A DNA stretch of 42,351 nucleotides from a virus (IMGVR_UViG_3300045988_041457:1-42351), one strand, 5' to 3'. Shown: positions 31,292 to 42,097, counted from the stretch's first letter. Notes: a model not told the origin generated them from the sequence alone. A program made the numbers and translations.

Positions 31292-31884
31292 TAACGAAAG
31301 CACCGATAATCGAAAATGCGGTAATGATTGACCGCGTGATTGGCGAGATTCAACAAGGTTTGGTTAGTGGTCTGCCTTGGCTGGATGCGGCATTTGGTCG
31401 AGCGCAAAAACTAGTCAAGACGATTGACGGAAAGAGATACATAACGCCTAATGTCTATTGTGGCGGACTGCAAGGAAAAGGGAAAAACGACTATATGGAG
31501 GTATCGCCGGATAGTCATATAGGGAATTTCTCGTTTTTTGCCGTGAACGACCCACAAATCATTAACACATTTCCGGGGCAACCGGCCGAGATAAAAGCAC
31601 CTTTTTCGTTGATATTCTGGTTTGACTTGCGCACCATTTTCGGAAGCGACACAAACCGCAATACAGAATTGATAAAGGCGCAGATATTGAAGATTTTGAA
31701 CGGACGGACGGAATGGCATTTGCAAGGTGGGCGGATATTGATAAACAAGTCTTATGAACAGGCGCAAAATATTTATTTAGGCTATACGTTGGATGAAAAC
31801 GACAATCAATTCTTGATGCACCCGTATGGTGGCTTCAAATTCGATGGTATATTGGAATATACGGAGTATTGCTATGATGTGTGA
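31288..31884 (+). CDS. Hypothetical tail/neck-module protein (198 aa)
   Basis: Track ORF with an ATGA overlap to the upstream gene. Confidence 0.6.
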   Translation: MITKAPIIENAVMIDRVIGEIQQGLVSGLPWLDAAFGRAQKLVKTIDGKRYITPNVYCGGLQGKGKNDYMEVSPDSHIGNFSFFAVNDPQIINTFPGQPAEIKAPFSLIFWFDLRTIFGSDTNRNTELIKAQILKILNGRTEWHLQGGRILINKSYEQAQNIYLGYTLDENDNQFLMHPYGGFKFDGILEYTEYCYDV

Positions 31885-32143
31885 TTTTGTTTGTTGGGTG
31901 GCCGTGGTCGGAATGGTTGCGGCTTTCGTGCTTTCCTTGGCTGACAAGTGGGGCATAATTGAATATTTGCAGATACACGCGCCGAATGACTTTTGGAACA
32001 AATTATTTTCGTGTCCTTTTTGTTGTTCGTGGTGGGTCGGTGTGGCTATTTCGCTATCTTTGTTGTTGGTTACAAAGGAATGGTTCTTTTTGGCCGTTCC
32101 GCTATGTTCAACAATTTTAACACGTGAATTATGGAGACGCTGA
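31874..32143 (+). CDS. Small integral membrane protein, DUF1360-like (CPFCxSWW motif)
   Basis: Track ORF 31826..32143. The in-frame ATG 31874 limits the overlap to 11 nt. There are three hydrophobic helices, and LFSCPFCCSWWVGVAISL resembles the DUF1360 signature. Confidence 0.5.
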   Translation: MMCDFVCWVAVVGMVAAFVLSLADKWGIIEYLQIHAPNDFWNKLFSCPFCCSWWVGVAISLSLLLVTKEWFFLAVPLCSTILTRELWRR

Positions 32144-32907
32144 AAATAGGTAAGCACACGTTGAAAATATACGATAGCATTGAAGAACTGCCAATCGTGC
32201 GATTCCACAAGTACCAAAAATTTTTGCTTGTGGATTCCGGCATTGGCGGAACGATAACGCAGTTTGACCAGAGGATAGAAATTATCCGGCGGTTCTTGAT
32301 GCTGGGAGACAATGAAAAGGCACAAAAGGAAATTGAGAATTTGCGTCAATGCGTTTATATGATTCAATCTGAATTGTCGCCGCGTCACTTGGCATTTGCC
32401 GCATTGGTCGCTGAAATTGACGGCAAGCCATGCGAGGACTTGTCAGATGATTCGCTTAAACGTGTTATCGAGCAGTTAAATGATGCTTCCGGAAAAGAGT
32501 TCTCCGACCTTATAGGTGGGTGCAAAAAAAAAATAGATACGGAACTAGTCGCATATTTTCCGGCATTGTTCGATAATTCAGAAGTCAAAGAGTATTACGG
32601 ACTGATGAAAATGAGAATATCTGCAATACTTGACAATATCATGCGTGGGGTTGTGCAACCGGACAAGACTAAATCCGTTGACGATATAACAACAAAACTT
32701 ATAACGTACAGCAATCCTCAAACATTTTCTGGAAGTGAAAACGCGGAAATCACATTTGACAAAGAATTTGAGAATTTGTGCTTGTTGTTGTCGAGTGAAT
32801 TGCATGTAAAGCCGAAAGATTTTTCAGTTTTGGAGTTCTACAATGCTTTCACATATCTACAAGAAAAGGCGAAGAAGTCCGAAAGGGCGCAAAATAGGCG
32901 CAAATAG
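32131..32907 (+). CDS. Hypothetical protein in the tail-assembly-chaperone position
   Basis: Track ORF immediately upstream of the tape measure gene. I found no slippery site or frameshift product. Confidence 0.55.
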   Translation: METLKIGKHTLKIYDSIEELPIVRFHKYQKFLLVDSGIGGTITQFDQRIEIIRRFLMLGDNEKAQKEIENLRQCVYMIQSELSPRHLAFAALVAEIDGKPCEDLSDDSLKRVIEQLNDASGKEFSDLIGGCKKKIDTELVAYFPALFDNSEVKEYYGLMKMRISAILDNIMRGVVQPDKTKSVDDITTKLITYSNPQTFSGSENAEITFDKEFENLCLLLSSELHVKPKDFSVLEFYNAFTYLQEKAKKSERAQNRRK

Positions 32908-32939
32908 CGACTTTTGACGGCCGAGCAATATAATTTATG
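32895..32939 (+). promoter_or_regulatory. Class-2 composite motif, copy E (upstream of the tape measure gene)
   Basis: TAGGCGC at 32895-32901, TAGCGAC at 32905-32911 and a degenerate core GAGCAATATAATTTATG at 32923-32939. AAAATAACATTATG lies at the start codon. Confidence 0.5.
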
Positions 32940-32989
32940 CTTTTTGTGTTTTAGGTTCGAAATAGGGCACTTTTAAGAAAAATAACATT

Positions 32990-35900
32990 ATGGACAATCC
33001 GAATCCGATTAAATATTCCGACTTGATTAGTCCGGACAATAGTATAACTGACTTGATAGCGCAATTAACCGCGTTGATTTCAAAGTACGAGGAAGCGAGG
33101 TCGAAGATTCAGACCGCCGCGGCTGATATGTCGAAAGGCTTGCAGAATGTGTCTGGAGCGACCGAGCAACAACGGCAAGCGATAACGCAAGCATATCAAG
33201 AGACCGAAAGGCTTGCAGAACAATATAGGCGCGTAACGAGCGAGGAACAAGCGGCACGACGGCAGAAAATAGCATTATCGCAAGCGTCAAGGGAGCAAAC
33301 GCAAATCGACAAATTGGTAGTGCAACTTAACAAGTCGCAAGAGGGGGCGTATAATAGGCTATCAGCCCTATATCGGTTGAATAAAATTCGACTGAACGAA
33401 ATGAGTTCCGCCCAGAGAGCCGGAACGGAAGCAGGGCGGCAACTTGAAAGGGAAACTAGGGCGATATATGAGGAGATGTCGTCTTTGCAGAAAGCAACAG
33501 GCAAATATACGCTTGAAGTAGGACATTATGAGAACGCATTACGAGCATTGCCAGGTCCACTTGGGCAAGTATCATCTGGATTGATTGGCTTGCGCGATAA
33601 TTTGAACAATATCAATTCATCCGGATTGCCTACTTCGGTGAAGTGGTTTTCAAAATTCGCTATTGGTGTAGGGCTTGCGATTAATGGGGTTCAATCCTTG
33701 TTTAGAGGATTGCGAAGCGGCGTAAATACGATTGCAGACTTCGAGCAAGCTAATGCGAATCTGTCAACAATCCTAGGCGTTAACGTAAGAGACATGAAAG
33801 CGTTGACGGATAGTGCCTTGTCATTGGGTAGAGCGACTGAATACACTGCATCACAAGTAACGCAATTGCAGACGGAATTGGCTAAATTGGGCTTCGGCCA
33901 AGGTTCGATTCTGTCAATGCAGAAATATATCTTGCATTTCGCAACGGCAATGGGTGTGGACTTGGGAGAAGCGGCGGAAGTGGCAGGCTCCACTTTGCGT
34001 TCATTTAACTTGTCGAGCAAGGACACGGAAGATGCGCTGTCTGTTCTTGTCGAGGGCGCGAACAGGTCTGCATTGAGTTTTGAAAAGTACAAGACGTCAA
34101 TCGGCATAGTCTTTCCGGTGGCGAAAACTTTTGGATTCTCGTTGCGTGATGTTGTCGCTTTGCTTGGTTCGTTGGCGAATGCCGGATTTGACGCTTCAAT
34201 GGCAGCAACCGCAACGCGAAATATTCTTTTGAATTTGGCCGATGCAGGTGGAAAATTGGCACAAAAACTTGGCGAGCCGGTAAAGACATTTGATGACCTT
34301 TTCGATGGTCTTATCAAGTTGAGAAAAGGGGGCATTGACCTTGCGGAAGCCTTGGAACTCACCGACAAGCGAAGCGTATCGGCGTTTTCTACTTTCCTAG
34401 AGGGAGCAGAAAGTGCAAAGACCTTGCGCGCCGAATTGGAAAATGTTTCTGGTGTCTTGGAAACAATAGCTGGAGAGCGTCTGGAGACGGTCGAGGGTTC
34501 AACGAAATTGCTTGAATCGGCGTGGGAGGGGTTGATTTTGTCGTTCCGTAATTCCGCCGGAGTTATCAAAACTTTGATTGACCAACTGACCAGCCTAACT
34601 ACTAGCCTGACAAATTTATTGTTCCCGAAACAAGCGCAATCGGCGGCGACTTATGATGAGTATTTTGCAAAATTCACCGATTATTATGCGAAAGAGGGTG
34701 GAAAGAAAACACTTGACGCGATGGATACGTTTATCAACCAATATATCGCACATGTGGAAGCCTTGGAGAAGATTCAAGCGCGAGAACCGAAGTTTACCGG
34801 ATGGCTGGGTATCGGGAAGCCTTACAAGGATTATCGAAAGGCTTTGGACACGTTGAAAGATATACGCAAAGCGGAAGCGGCGGTGCGCGAGCAGATAGAA
34901 GCAGATGAAAGGGCAGCGGCGGAAGAACGAGCACGGCAAGAGGAAAAAGAGAATCAAGACAATATCGAAAGAGTTAAGCAGGAGACGGAAAAGGAGCGGA
35001 AAATTCGAGAAAAGGCAGAAGCGAAAAGAAAAGCGGATGCGGAAAAGGCCGAAAGGGCACGTCAAAAAGCAGAGGAACAAGCACGTAAGGATGCGGAAGC
35101 TAGGGATAAAGCAGAAAAGCAAGGACGGATAAATAGCCTACAAGCCGAGCAGCAAGCAATACAATTGCAAATAGCAATTACGGAAGAGGGTTCACAAGAA
35201 ATGCTGAAATTGCGTCTTGAATTGATAGAGAAGCAACGCGCTTTGGAATTGGAGAAGAACAGGCAAGCGTCGGAGAATTTAAGGCAAGATGAGAAATTGA
35301 TTAATGCGAAGTACGACAAATTGTTGCTAAAGTCTGAAACTGAATTCAACAACAAATTGGCCGAACGCGATTTGAAAGCGCAAAGGGAATTGGCCGAAAG
35401 CGAATTTGAGTTGCAGAATCACACAGAAAGGCAAAAGACTATCTTCAGATTGCAACAAGAAAAGGCGCGTCTTAAAGCGGTGCTGAAATTAAACGAGACT
35501 GCATCCGAGAAGTTGAAGGATGATGAGGTACAGACTATCAAGAATACTATCAAGAAGATAGGGCAGGAGGTGTCGGAAGTAGGCTACAAGGACATTTGGG
35601 ATTTGCTGGGAATAAGGGCAACGAGCGGACAAAAAGATGCGTTTAACGAGGTTGCCAATTCAGTTGCGGATACGATAGGTTCGATTGTCGATTCGTGGCA
35701 GAAAGCGGCGGATGCGGCGGTAGAAAGCGCGGAGAAACAAGTGGAAGCCGCGAAATCAGTTCTTGACGCGGAGATTGAAGCGCGAAACAACGGATATGCT
35801 AATAATGTGGAACAAGCGCAAAAGGAATTGAATTTGCGCAAGAAGCAACAAGCGGCGGCATTGGCTGAACAGGAAAAAGCGCAAAGGGCACAATTGGCGA

Positions 35901-36475
35901 TTGATACAATTACGCAGACTAGTTCATTGATAACCGCAAGCGCAAATATCTGGAAATCGCTATCCGGTATTCCGGTAGTTGGTCCGACTTTGGCCGTGGC
36001 GGCACTTGCAACCATGTGGGGTTCATTTGCGGCGGCAAAAGTTAAGGCAATTCAAGTGGCCGGAACGGGTAAATCCGAGAAATACGGAGATGGTACGATT
36101 GAATTGTTGGAGGGCGGAAGCCATGCGAGCGGAAAAGACATTGATTTAGGAGTGAAGAAAGACGGAACGCGCAGACGTGCGGAGGGTGGAGAATATTTCG
36201 CTGTTATCAACAAACGCAATTCGCGCAAGTTCCGCGATGTTATTCCGGATGTCATTAATTCGTTCAATGACGGCTCTTTTGCGGACAAATACCAGCGAGC
36301 AAATGCGCAAATGTCCGGTTATGCGCTCAATTATGTAGGCGGCGGAACGGATGTAACTCAATTGCAGCGCGATGTCAAAGCAATTCGAGAACAGGGCGAT
36401 GAAGTCAGATACGTTGACGCGAAAGGAAATATGATTGTCAGGTACAAAAATTTAACAAGAAAAATCAAGTCATGA
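32990..36475 (+). CDS. Tail tape measure protein
   Basis: 1161 aa. The TP901-type TMP core pattern is present (LSTILGVNVRDMKALTDSALSLGRATEYTASQVTQLQTELAKLGF...). A long Glu/Lys/Ala/Arg coiled coil and hydrophobic Gly/Ala segments follow. Confidence 0.9.
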   Translation: MDNPNPIKYSDLISPDNSITDLIAQLTALISKYEEARSKIQTAAADMSKGLQNVSGATEQQRQAITQAYQETERLAEQYRRVTSEEQAARRQKIALSQASREQTQIDKLVVQLNKSQEGAYNRLSALYRLNKIRLNEMSSAQRAGTEAGRQLERETRAIYEEMSSLQKATGKYTLEVGHYENALRALPGPLGQVSSGLIGLRDNLNNINSSGLPTSVKWFSKFAIGVGLAINGVQSLFRGLRSGVNTIADFEQANANLSTILGVNVRDMKALTDSALSLGRATEYTASQVTQLQTELAKLGFGQGSILSMQKYILHFATAMGVDLGEAAEVAGSTLRSFNLSSKDTEDALSVLVEGANRSALSFEKYKTSIGIVFPVAKTFGFSLRDVVALLGSLANAGFDASMAATATRNILLNLADAGGKLAQKLGEPVKTFDDLFDGLIKLRKGGIDLAEALELTDKRSVSAFSTFLEGAESAKTLRAELENVSGVLETIAGERLETVEGSTKLLESAWEGLILSFRNSAGVIKTLIDQLTSLTTSLTNLLFPKQAQSAATYDEYFAKFTDYYAKEGGKKTLDAMDTFINQYIAHVEALEKIQAREPKFTGWLGIGKPYKDYRKALDTLKDIRKAEAAVREQIEADERAAAEERARQEEKENQDNIERVKQETEKERKIREKAEAKRKADAEKAERARQKAEEQARKDAEARDKAEKQGRINSLQAEQQAIQLQIAITEEGSQEMLKLRLELIEKQRALELEKNRQASENLRQDEKLINAKYDKLLLKSETEFNNKLAERDLKAQRELAESEFELQNHTERQKTIFRLQQEKARLKAVLKLNETASEKLKDDEVQTIKNTIKKIGQEVSEVGYKDIWDLLGIRATSGQKDAFNEVANSVADTIGSIVDSWQKAADAAVESAEKQVEAAKSVLDAEIEARNNGYANNVEQAQKELNLRKKQQAAALAEQEKAQRAQLAIDTITQTSSLITASANIWKSLSGIPVVGPTLAVAALATMWGSFAAAKVKAIQVAGTGKSEKYGDGTIELLEGGSHASGKDIDLGVKKDGTRRRAEGGEYFAVINKRNSRKFRDVIPDVINSFNDGSFADKYQRANAQMSGYALNYVGGGTDVTQLQRDVKAIREQGDEVRYVDAKGNMIVRYKNLTRKIKS

Positions 36476-38685
36476 TATATCCGGTATATGAATTTGAGTT
36501 GTCTGCAACGTTGAACGGCAAGACAACACATAGGCAGGTAAAGCCTGTATATAGCGATGAATTGTCAATTGATGTGTCGAAAGAGACTAACGAAGAATTT
36601 TTCCGGAAGTCTCTTTCGGGCAAACTTACTTTTGTGCGCGAGGATTTCGATTTTATCAATTCGCAAGGTTTTGAAAGCGAATTTGAATTGCGGATTTTGA
36701 TTTCGCGCAATCTGGGTGAGAGTTTTGAGCAATATTGGACGGGCAAGTTTTGGAAAACCGATTGTGAATTCAATCTTGACGACAAGATAGTTTCGGTTAA
36801 ACCGGAAGTGTCGGATGAATATAGCGCGGTTCTGGCCGGAATGGACAAGGAATACGACCTTATCAATTTAGCACCGGAAATACATCCTATAACCATAACG
36901 AAACGCCCGATGATACAGGTATATGTGCCCGGCCAAAGTGTCATTGCTTGCTTCCTTTCCAGCCTGTATTGGGAAACCGACTGCAAAGAGGTAAATTCAG
37001 AATCCGATTTGGTTAACAAGTATCATTTTGCAAAAGTGGCTACTGGATTGGTTGCGGAAACAAGCGGCAATGTTATGCCTAGATTACCGGATGCGTTTAT
37101 CGGTAGAATTGAATCTGATAAGGCAGGGCGTGTCAATGCTTTCAGCATAGCAAATGATAATTATATATATTCTTATTCATATGACACAGTCAATGAGGAA
37201 GACCCGATAACCGGTGAAAGCGACTATGTGACATATACCTATTGGAAAATATCGTCCGGCGGTGTTGAGATGTGGTCTAAAATTGATAGAAGAGTAGGAT
37301 ATATTCATGTCAGTCCATTGTTAGATGTAACTCTTAATGCCGTATCCGGAAGCGGAGCAAGCGGCGATGTGACAATTAAATCGTCTGCTACGGATGTATA
37401 TTCACGATTCGTAACAGATTGTGATAACGTGGCAGGTGTCGATACGTCTGCATTAAGCGCAGATGATATGGTAGATAATAATCGCAATTATCATAGGGTG
37501 GTGAAATATGATTTCAAAGATACAATTTACTTCACGGGCGATTTATCAAAAACGCCCACGAAGTGGGGTATCTATCAACCGAATCAATACTATCAAGAAC
37601 CCTATGCGCTTGGAGTTCCGGCATTTTATCCGGTGGCAAAATCTGCATGGGGTAGGATGTCGATTTGGTTTGCATTTTCGGTGATAGATGAAATAGTCGA
37701 GAGTTCCGGACGCAAGGAATATGAGTTGAGAAATGCCTATCCGCTATATTCTGCAATTTCGGTGCTTTTGAAAACTATCGCGCCGAGTATAACGCACGAA
37801 CCAACGGAGGAATATTCACAATTCTTGTATAGTGCAAGAAATCCGATTGACAGCACCGCATACAAGTTGTTCATAACGCCAAAATCAAACATCTTGGCCG
37901 GAGAATACGACCAAGCGGCGCAAAAAGCACCGATAACGTTGCGATATATTACCGACATGCTTCGGGATTGTTTCCGCTGTTATTGGTATATTGAGGATGG
38001 AAAATTCAAGATTGAACATATCCAATTTTTCCGCAACGGCAGCACATATTCCGACACACCGGATATCGGCATTTATTTGACGAAACTAAAATTGCCGCGA
38101 AATGGCAAGCCGTGGGCGTTTGGCACGTCAACATACACGTATGACAAACCGGACATGCCGGAACGATATCAATTCGGCTGGATGGACGATGTAACGTCAC
38201 CATTTGAGGGCGAACCTATTGAGATTGAGAGCAAATATGTAGAAGCCGGAAATATCGAAGAAATATCGGTGGCGAATTTCACTTCTGACATAGATTACAT
38301 GCTTTTGAACCCGTCCGCGTGTTCATCCGATGGCTTTGCGTTGCTTGGTGCAGTCGAGAATGGGGATGGCTATAAATTGCCGATTTTGAAAATTGAATTG
38401 AATCTGGTCGAATACTATTTACAGAACCTGTATTTGGCATTTTGCTATCTGCAAAAATATTACTTGTATGACATGCCGGCCAGATATGTGAAGATGAACG
38501 GCAATATCATAGCGGCGCAAGGAATCAAAAAACAAAAGACGCAAGATGTGAGATTCCCGATGTTGTTAGATGCTAACTTGGGGAAGTTAGTTCAAACGGA
38601 ATTGGGAAATGGTGAAATTGCGAAAATTTCATTAAATTTGTTGTCAAGGGGTGCTAAAGTAACATTGAAGTATGATACCGAATAA
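36472..38685 (+). CDS. Tail-tip protein (distal tail protein position)
   Basis: 737 aa, with an ATGA overlap to the TMP stop. The call rests on position. Confidence 0.6.
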   Translation: MIYPVYEFELSATLNGKTTHRQVKPVYSDELSIDVSKETNEEFFRKSLSGKLTFVREDFDFINSQGFESEFELRILISRNLGESFEQYWTGKFWKTDCEFNLDDKIVSVKPEVSDEYSAVLAGMDKEYDLINLAPEIHPITITKRPMIQVYVPGQSVIACFLSSLYWETDCKEVNSESDLVNKYHFAKVATGLVAETSGNVMPRLPDAFIGRIESDKAGRVNAFSIANDNYIYSYSYDTVNEEDPITGESDYVTYTYWKISSGGVEMWSKIDRRVGYIHVSPLLDVTLNAVSGSGASGDVTIKSSATDVYSRFVTDCDNVAGVDTSALSADDMVDNNRNYHRVVKYDFKDTIYFTGDLSKTPTKWGIYQPNQYYQEPYALGVPAFYPVAKSAWGRMSIWFAFSVIDEIVESSGRKEYELRNAYPLYSAISVLLKTIAPSITHEPTEEYSQFLYSARNPIDSTAYKLFITPKSNILAGEYDQAAQKAPITLRYITDMLRDCFRCYWYIEDGKFKIEHIQFFRNGSTYSDTPDIGIYLTKLKLPRNGKPWAFGTSTYTYDKPDMPERYQFGWMDDVTSPFEGEPIEIESKYVEAGNIEEISVANFTSDIDYMLLNPSACSSDGFALLGAVENGDGYKLPILKIELNLVEYYLQNLYLAFCYLQKYYLYDMPARYVKMNGNIIAAQGIKKQKTQDVRFPMLLDANLGKLVQTELGNGEIAKISLNLLSRGAKVTLKYDTE

Positions 38686-39889
38686 TAATTTGTCCGTACT
38701 GCCTTGGTACGATTCGCTGGAAAGGCAAAATGCGCGTAAATGGTGGATGTATGACAAAGTATATCCGCTGTTTGTTCCGTCTGGTTATATGCTTCCTTTT
38801 CAGGCGATGCGCCAGTCAAGAACAGAACTTGCAAAAGGCGACCTTATGGAACCGACAGACAGCGATAGAGGCTATCTGACAAGTGATAGTTCTTGGTGTC
38901 AGGATACTTCGGCAGGCTATGTAGCAGAATATGACGTAGTGGGGATAGACGCAGTATATTTATCTGATATTCCGATGTATGTTCACGGAGGTGTGCATGT
39001 CGGCGATTCAGTATGTTATGTTGCTTATGATAGTTCGGATAAAGTCTTGTTTTCTCAATCGGTTAACGCCGGTACATACTCCGGATTTTGGACATTGCCG
39101 CAAGGCACTACAAAAATAAGGGTGCTGACGTCCAACAGCGAATTTGAGCAATATGACGGGGAAGTATATAAGGCGAATAGCGTACCAACAGCGATAAAAA
39201 GTTTCAAGATTTATACACGATGCGATGAGTTGGTTGGCGATTTTATCGCGGACATGACAGCAACCGGTCTGACCATAAAGCATGTACAATTGCAAGATAT
39301 AGATGTTATAGTATATTCGGGCCTTTTCCCAATTTCGCAAGTCATAGCAGATGGACAATACTATGCTGAAATGTCAGATGGTGTTGATACTTGGTATTCT
39401 GAAATGTTCACAATATCGAAAGCTGCATCTTCATACTTGAAAATCGAGTGGTGGGATGTCGAAGATTTCATAATGGATGCTGGAGCGATTGTTTATACGT
39501 CACCGAAATATCGCAATCGGATTTATCTTCCGGCGGACATTGCGAAACCTGAATACGAGTTCGAGGAAGAAAGCGAGGAAAGGGATGGATATATTTTCCC
39601 AATCAAGCAAATATCAAAGAAAACGTTTCATTTTTCGTTCTTGGCTTCGGAGTATCTGCTGGATGTCATGCGATTCATTCGGTTGTCGGATTACGTGGAA
39701 ATAACCTACAAGGGGCAAAGATATTCGGTTGATTCGTTCCTGCTTTCGCCGGAATGGGAGGACTATGGTGATGTCGCTTCGGTAGATGCGGAGTTCACAA
39801 CGGCAACGGTCGCTAAAAAGGTAGGATTTGCGTATATCAAAAGCAAGCGATTAGATTTCAATGATGATTTCAACAACGATTATAATTAA
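38672..39889 (+). CDS. Tail-tip / baseplate protein
   Basis: 405 aa, overlapping the upstream gene by 14 nt. The call rests on position. Confidence 0.55.
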   Translation: MIPNNNLSVLPWYDSLERQNARKWWMYDKVYPLFVPSGYMLPFQAMRQSRTELAKGDLMEPTDSDRGYLTSDSSWCQDTSAGYVAEYDVVGIDAVYLSDIPMYVHGGVHVGDSVCYVAYDSSDKVLFSQSVNAGTYSGFWTLPQGTTKIRVLTSNSEFEQYDGEVYKANSVPTAIKSFKIYTRCDELVGDFIADMTATGLTIKHVQLQDIDVIVYSGLFPISQVIADGQYYAEMSDGVDTWYSEMFTISKAASSYLKIEWWDVEDFIMDAGAIVYTSPKYRNRIYLPADIAKPEYEFEEESEERDGYIFPIKQISKKTFHFSFLASEYLLDVMRFIRLSDYVEITYKGQRYSVDSFLLSPEWEDYGDVASVDAEFTTATVAKKVGFAYIKSKRLDFNDDFNNDYN

Positions 39890-39909
39890 CTATTAATGAA
39901 GTTCTGATT

Positions 39910-42015
39910 ATGGCTAATAACGAATTATTAAAGTCTTCGATTCGCAGTGTAATAAAAGCAAACGGCAATAAAGAAATTACAGGTGATATATTGCAACAAA
40001 CATTGGTGGCGATTGTGTACGCCTTGGGTAAAGGCTATCAATTCATGGGTGTTGCGACACCTACTACAGACCCGGGTACGACGGACCAAAACGTGTTTTA
40101 TATCGCATCGCAACCTGGCATATATTCCAAATTTAGCGGAATAGTCGTTACGGATGAGGTGGTAATATTGAAATACAATGGTAGTTGGTCGAAAGAATCA
40201 ACAGGCATTGCCCCTAATATTGTTGCAAAGGATTCTTTGGCAACACATTTTGGAATTATAAAGGTAGCCGATGGTCAAATTATCCCCGATAACGAATCAT
40301 TCATATATAGCGATGCCATTTCGGCAAAGGTTGGGGATAAATTCCAATTGATTAACAACACACAATCATCGTTGGGTTGGTATCGTGTTTTTTTCTATCA
40401 AGATGACACGTTTGTATCCTACAATGATTTGGGTGTCACATTCGAAAATGTAGAGTATGAATTACCATCATTAAAAAGTACATACAATAAAGTTCGATTT
40501 AACATTTACTTATCCAGTGGCGATTTTGGTTCCATAAATGATATTTCGGTTAATCGTTATTTGGGGATAATTGATGCCATTTCGTGGTTGGATGGTAGGA
40601 TTTCGGCAATTGAATCTTTGGATGTCACCGATGCAATTACCGAGATAAATAACAATTATCGTTTAGCCCAAAGTTCGGATATAACCCAATCAATGGCGGG
40701 AAAATTCGCAATTGAGAATGGCGCATTGTACGTGAAACGTAAGGGAGCCGACCCGGCAATAATGATGATATTTAATGCCAATGTAACAGGTATTGAATTT
40801 GAAATTTCGTCATTATGGGATTCAAATTTAATTTCGCTATGTTTTGGAATTGGCGTTGATGGCGAAAACAATAAACAATGTTTTGCTGGATGTTATATGC
40901 CGACAAATTCGCGTCCAAATGATATAGGATATGTGCAAAATTATGATATTGATGGTGATGCGTCAAACGAACAGCCATCGTCAATATGGGGCGAAGGGCA
41001 TTACAGTGGCGAATATAGACAACCACAATTCAAGCCAGCCGCTGTTTCTATTGGAAGCAAATGCCGGATTGAATTGTTAGATGGTCATTATTTTGCCGGT
41101 TCGATTTACAATACTACAACAGGACGTTGGGAATGGTGGTTTTGTCTTGATGCCAACGGTTCGTGGAATGTACCACAAAGATATGGTTGGAGCACACGCA
41201 AGGCAATAGGATTTAGTGCACGATTTTTCGCGGGCGACAAAACAAAAATAATTGACAATCTTAAAGTAATTACGGATTCGTCAAAACTTACCAATACGAC
41301 AACATTATTATCCCGTAATTTCCCGGACAAAAAACAATGGGTCGCAATTGGGGATTCCATCACGGAGATTGATAAAAATAACGGCCTTTCCTATGTCGGC
41401 TATGCACAACGGAAACTCGGTTTCAAGGTAGACAATCAAGGCAAGGGGGGATGGACTATTTACAAGTTATGGCGAGACAGGGCATTCGCCGGATGGGAGA
41501 GTGCCGTTTATGCAATCAATGACGGAGACCTCGTAACCATCCTTGCTGGGACGAATGACTTTGATACGGATAGTTTTGCGGTACCTTCAAGTGACGAGGC
41601 GATGGATGCGGAGGGGAATCCGCACCCTCGTTTCGGAACTACCGACCCGACTTCCGAAGATGCGAAAGACCCCCACACTACACTTGGTTGTCTGCGGTTG
41701 ATGATTGAAAGAGTCTTGACCTTGAAACCAGGTGCGAGGTTGTCGGTGTTCTCTCCATTCTATCGGGAAAGGGGTACGAGTATTGGTGGAACCTCTTGGA
41801 ATAAATTGTATATCAATTCGGACGGAAAGACAATCTACGATTATGCGGATGCCATCTATTCCGTAGCGCGTGAGTACAATATACCCGCGTACAATACTTG
41901 TCGAGATTGCGGTATCAACGCGTTGACCATTACAACATACACCTACGATGACTTGCATATCGGGCAACTTGGGGGTGAACTCATCGGGGATTATGTGGCA
42001 AAACGCATTCTATGA
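39910..42015 (+). CDS. Tail fibre / receptor-binding protein with a C-terminal SGNH (GDSL) esterase domain
   Basis: 701 aa. The SGNH blocks are WVAIGDSITE (GDS at 41350-41358), NQGKGGWT, ILAGTNDF and DDLHIG in the last ~225 aa. It is the last structural gene before the lysis cassette. Confidence 0.7.
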   Translation: MANNELLKSSIRSVIKANGNKEITGDILQQTLVAIVYALGKGYQFMGVATPTTDPGTTDQNVFYIASQPGIYSKFSGIVVTDEVVILKYNGSWSKESTGIAPNIVAKDSLATHFGIIKVADGQIIPDNESFIYSDAISAKVGDKFQLINNTQSSLGWYRVFFYQDDTFVSYNDLGVTFENVEYELPSLKSTYNKVRFNIYLSSGDFGSINDISVNRYLGIIDAISWLDGRISAIESLDVTDAITEINNNYRLAQSSDITQSMAGKFAIENGALYVKRKGADPAIMMIFNANVTGIEFEISSLWDSNLISLCFGIGVDGENNKQCFAGCYMPTNSRPNDIGYVQNYDIDGDASNEQPSSIWGEGHYSGEYRQPQFKPAAVSIGSKCRIELLDGHYFAGSIYNTTTGRWEWWFCLDANGSWNVPQRYGWSTRKAIGFSARFFAGDKTKIIDNLKVITDSSKLTNTTTLLSRNFPDKKQWVAIGDSITEIDKNNGLSYVGYAQRKLGFKVDNQGKGGWTIYKLWRDRAFAGWESAVYAINDGDLVTILAGTNDFDTDSFAVPSSDEAMDAEGNPHPRFGTTDPTSEDAKDPHTTLGCLRLMIERVLTLKPGARLSVFSPFYRERGTSIGGTSWNKLYINSDGKTIYDYADAIYSVAREYNIPAYNTCRDCGINALTITTYTYDDLHIGQLGGELIGDYVAKRIL

Positions 42016-42097
42016 ATTGGACAAGTATAATAATCGACACGCGCAACAGCGACGTGTTCGCTGAAGTAATCGTGATAGAAGACAAGGAGGAAAAAGT

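Noticed and set aside
32100-32143. A possible -1 programmed frameshift joining 31874..32143 to 32131..32907, analogous to tail chaperones G/GT.
   Set aside because: The downstream frame is -1 relative to the upstream one. However, there is no X XXY YYZ slippery heptamer in the 13-nt overlap. The upstream product is an integral membrane protein, and the downstream ORF has its own ATG.
36472-42015. A diversity-generating retroelement or variable-repeat pairs in the tail-fibre genes.
   Set aside because: The genome has no reverse transcriptase. I noticed no template/variable repeat pair by eye. A proper self-dot-plot would be needed to exclude short repeats.
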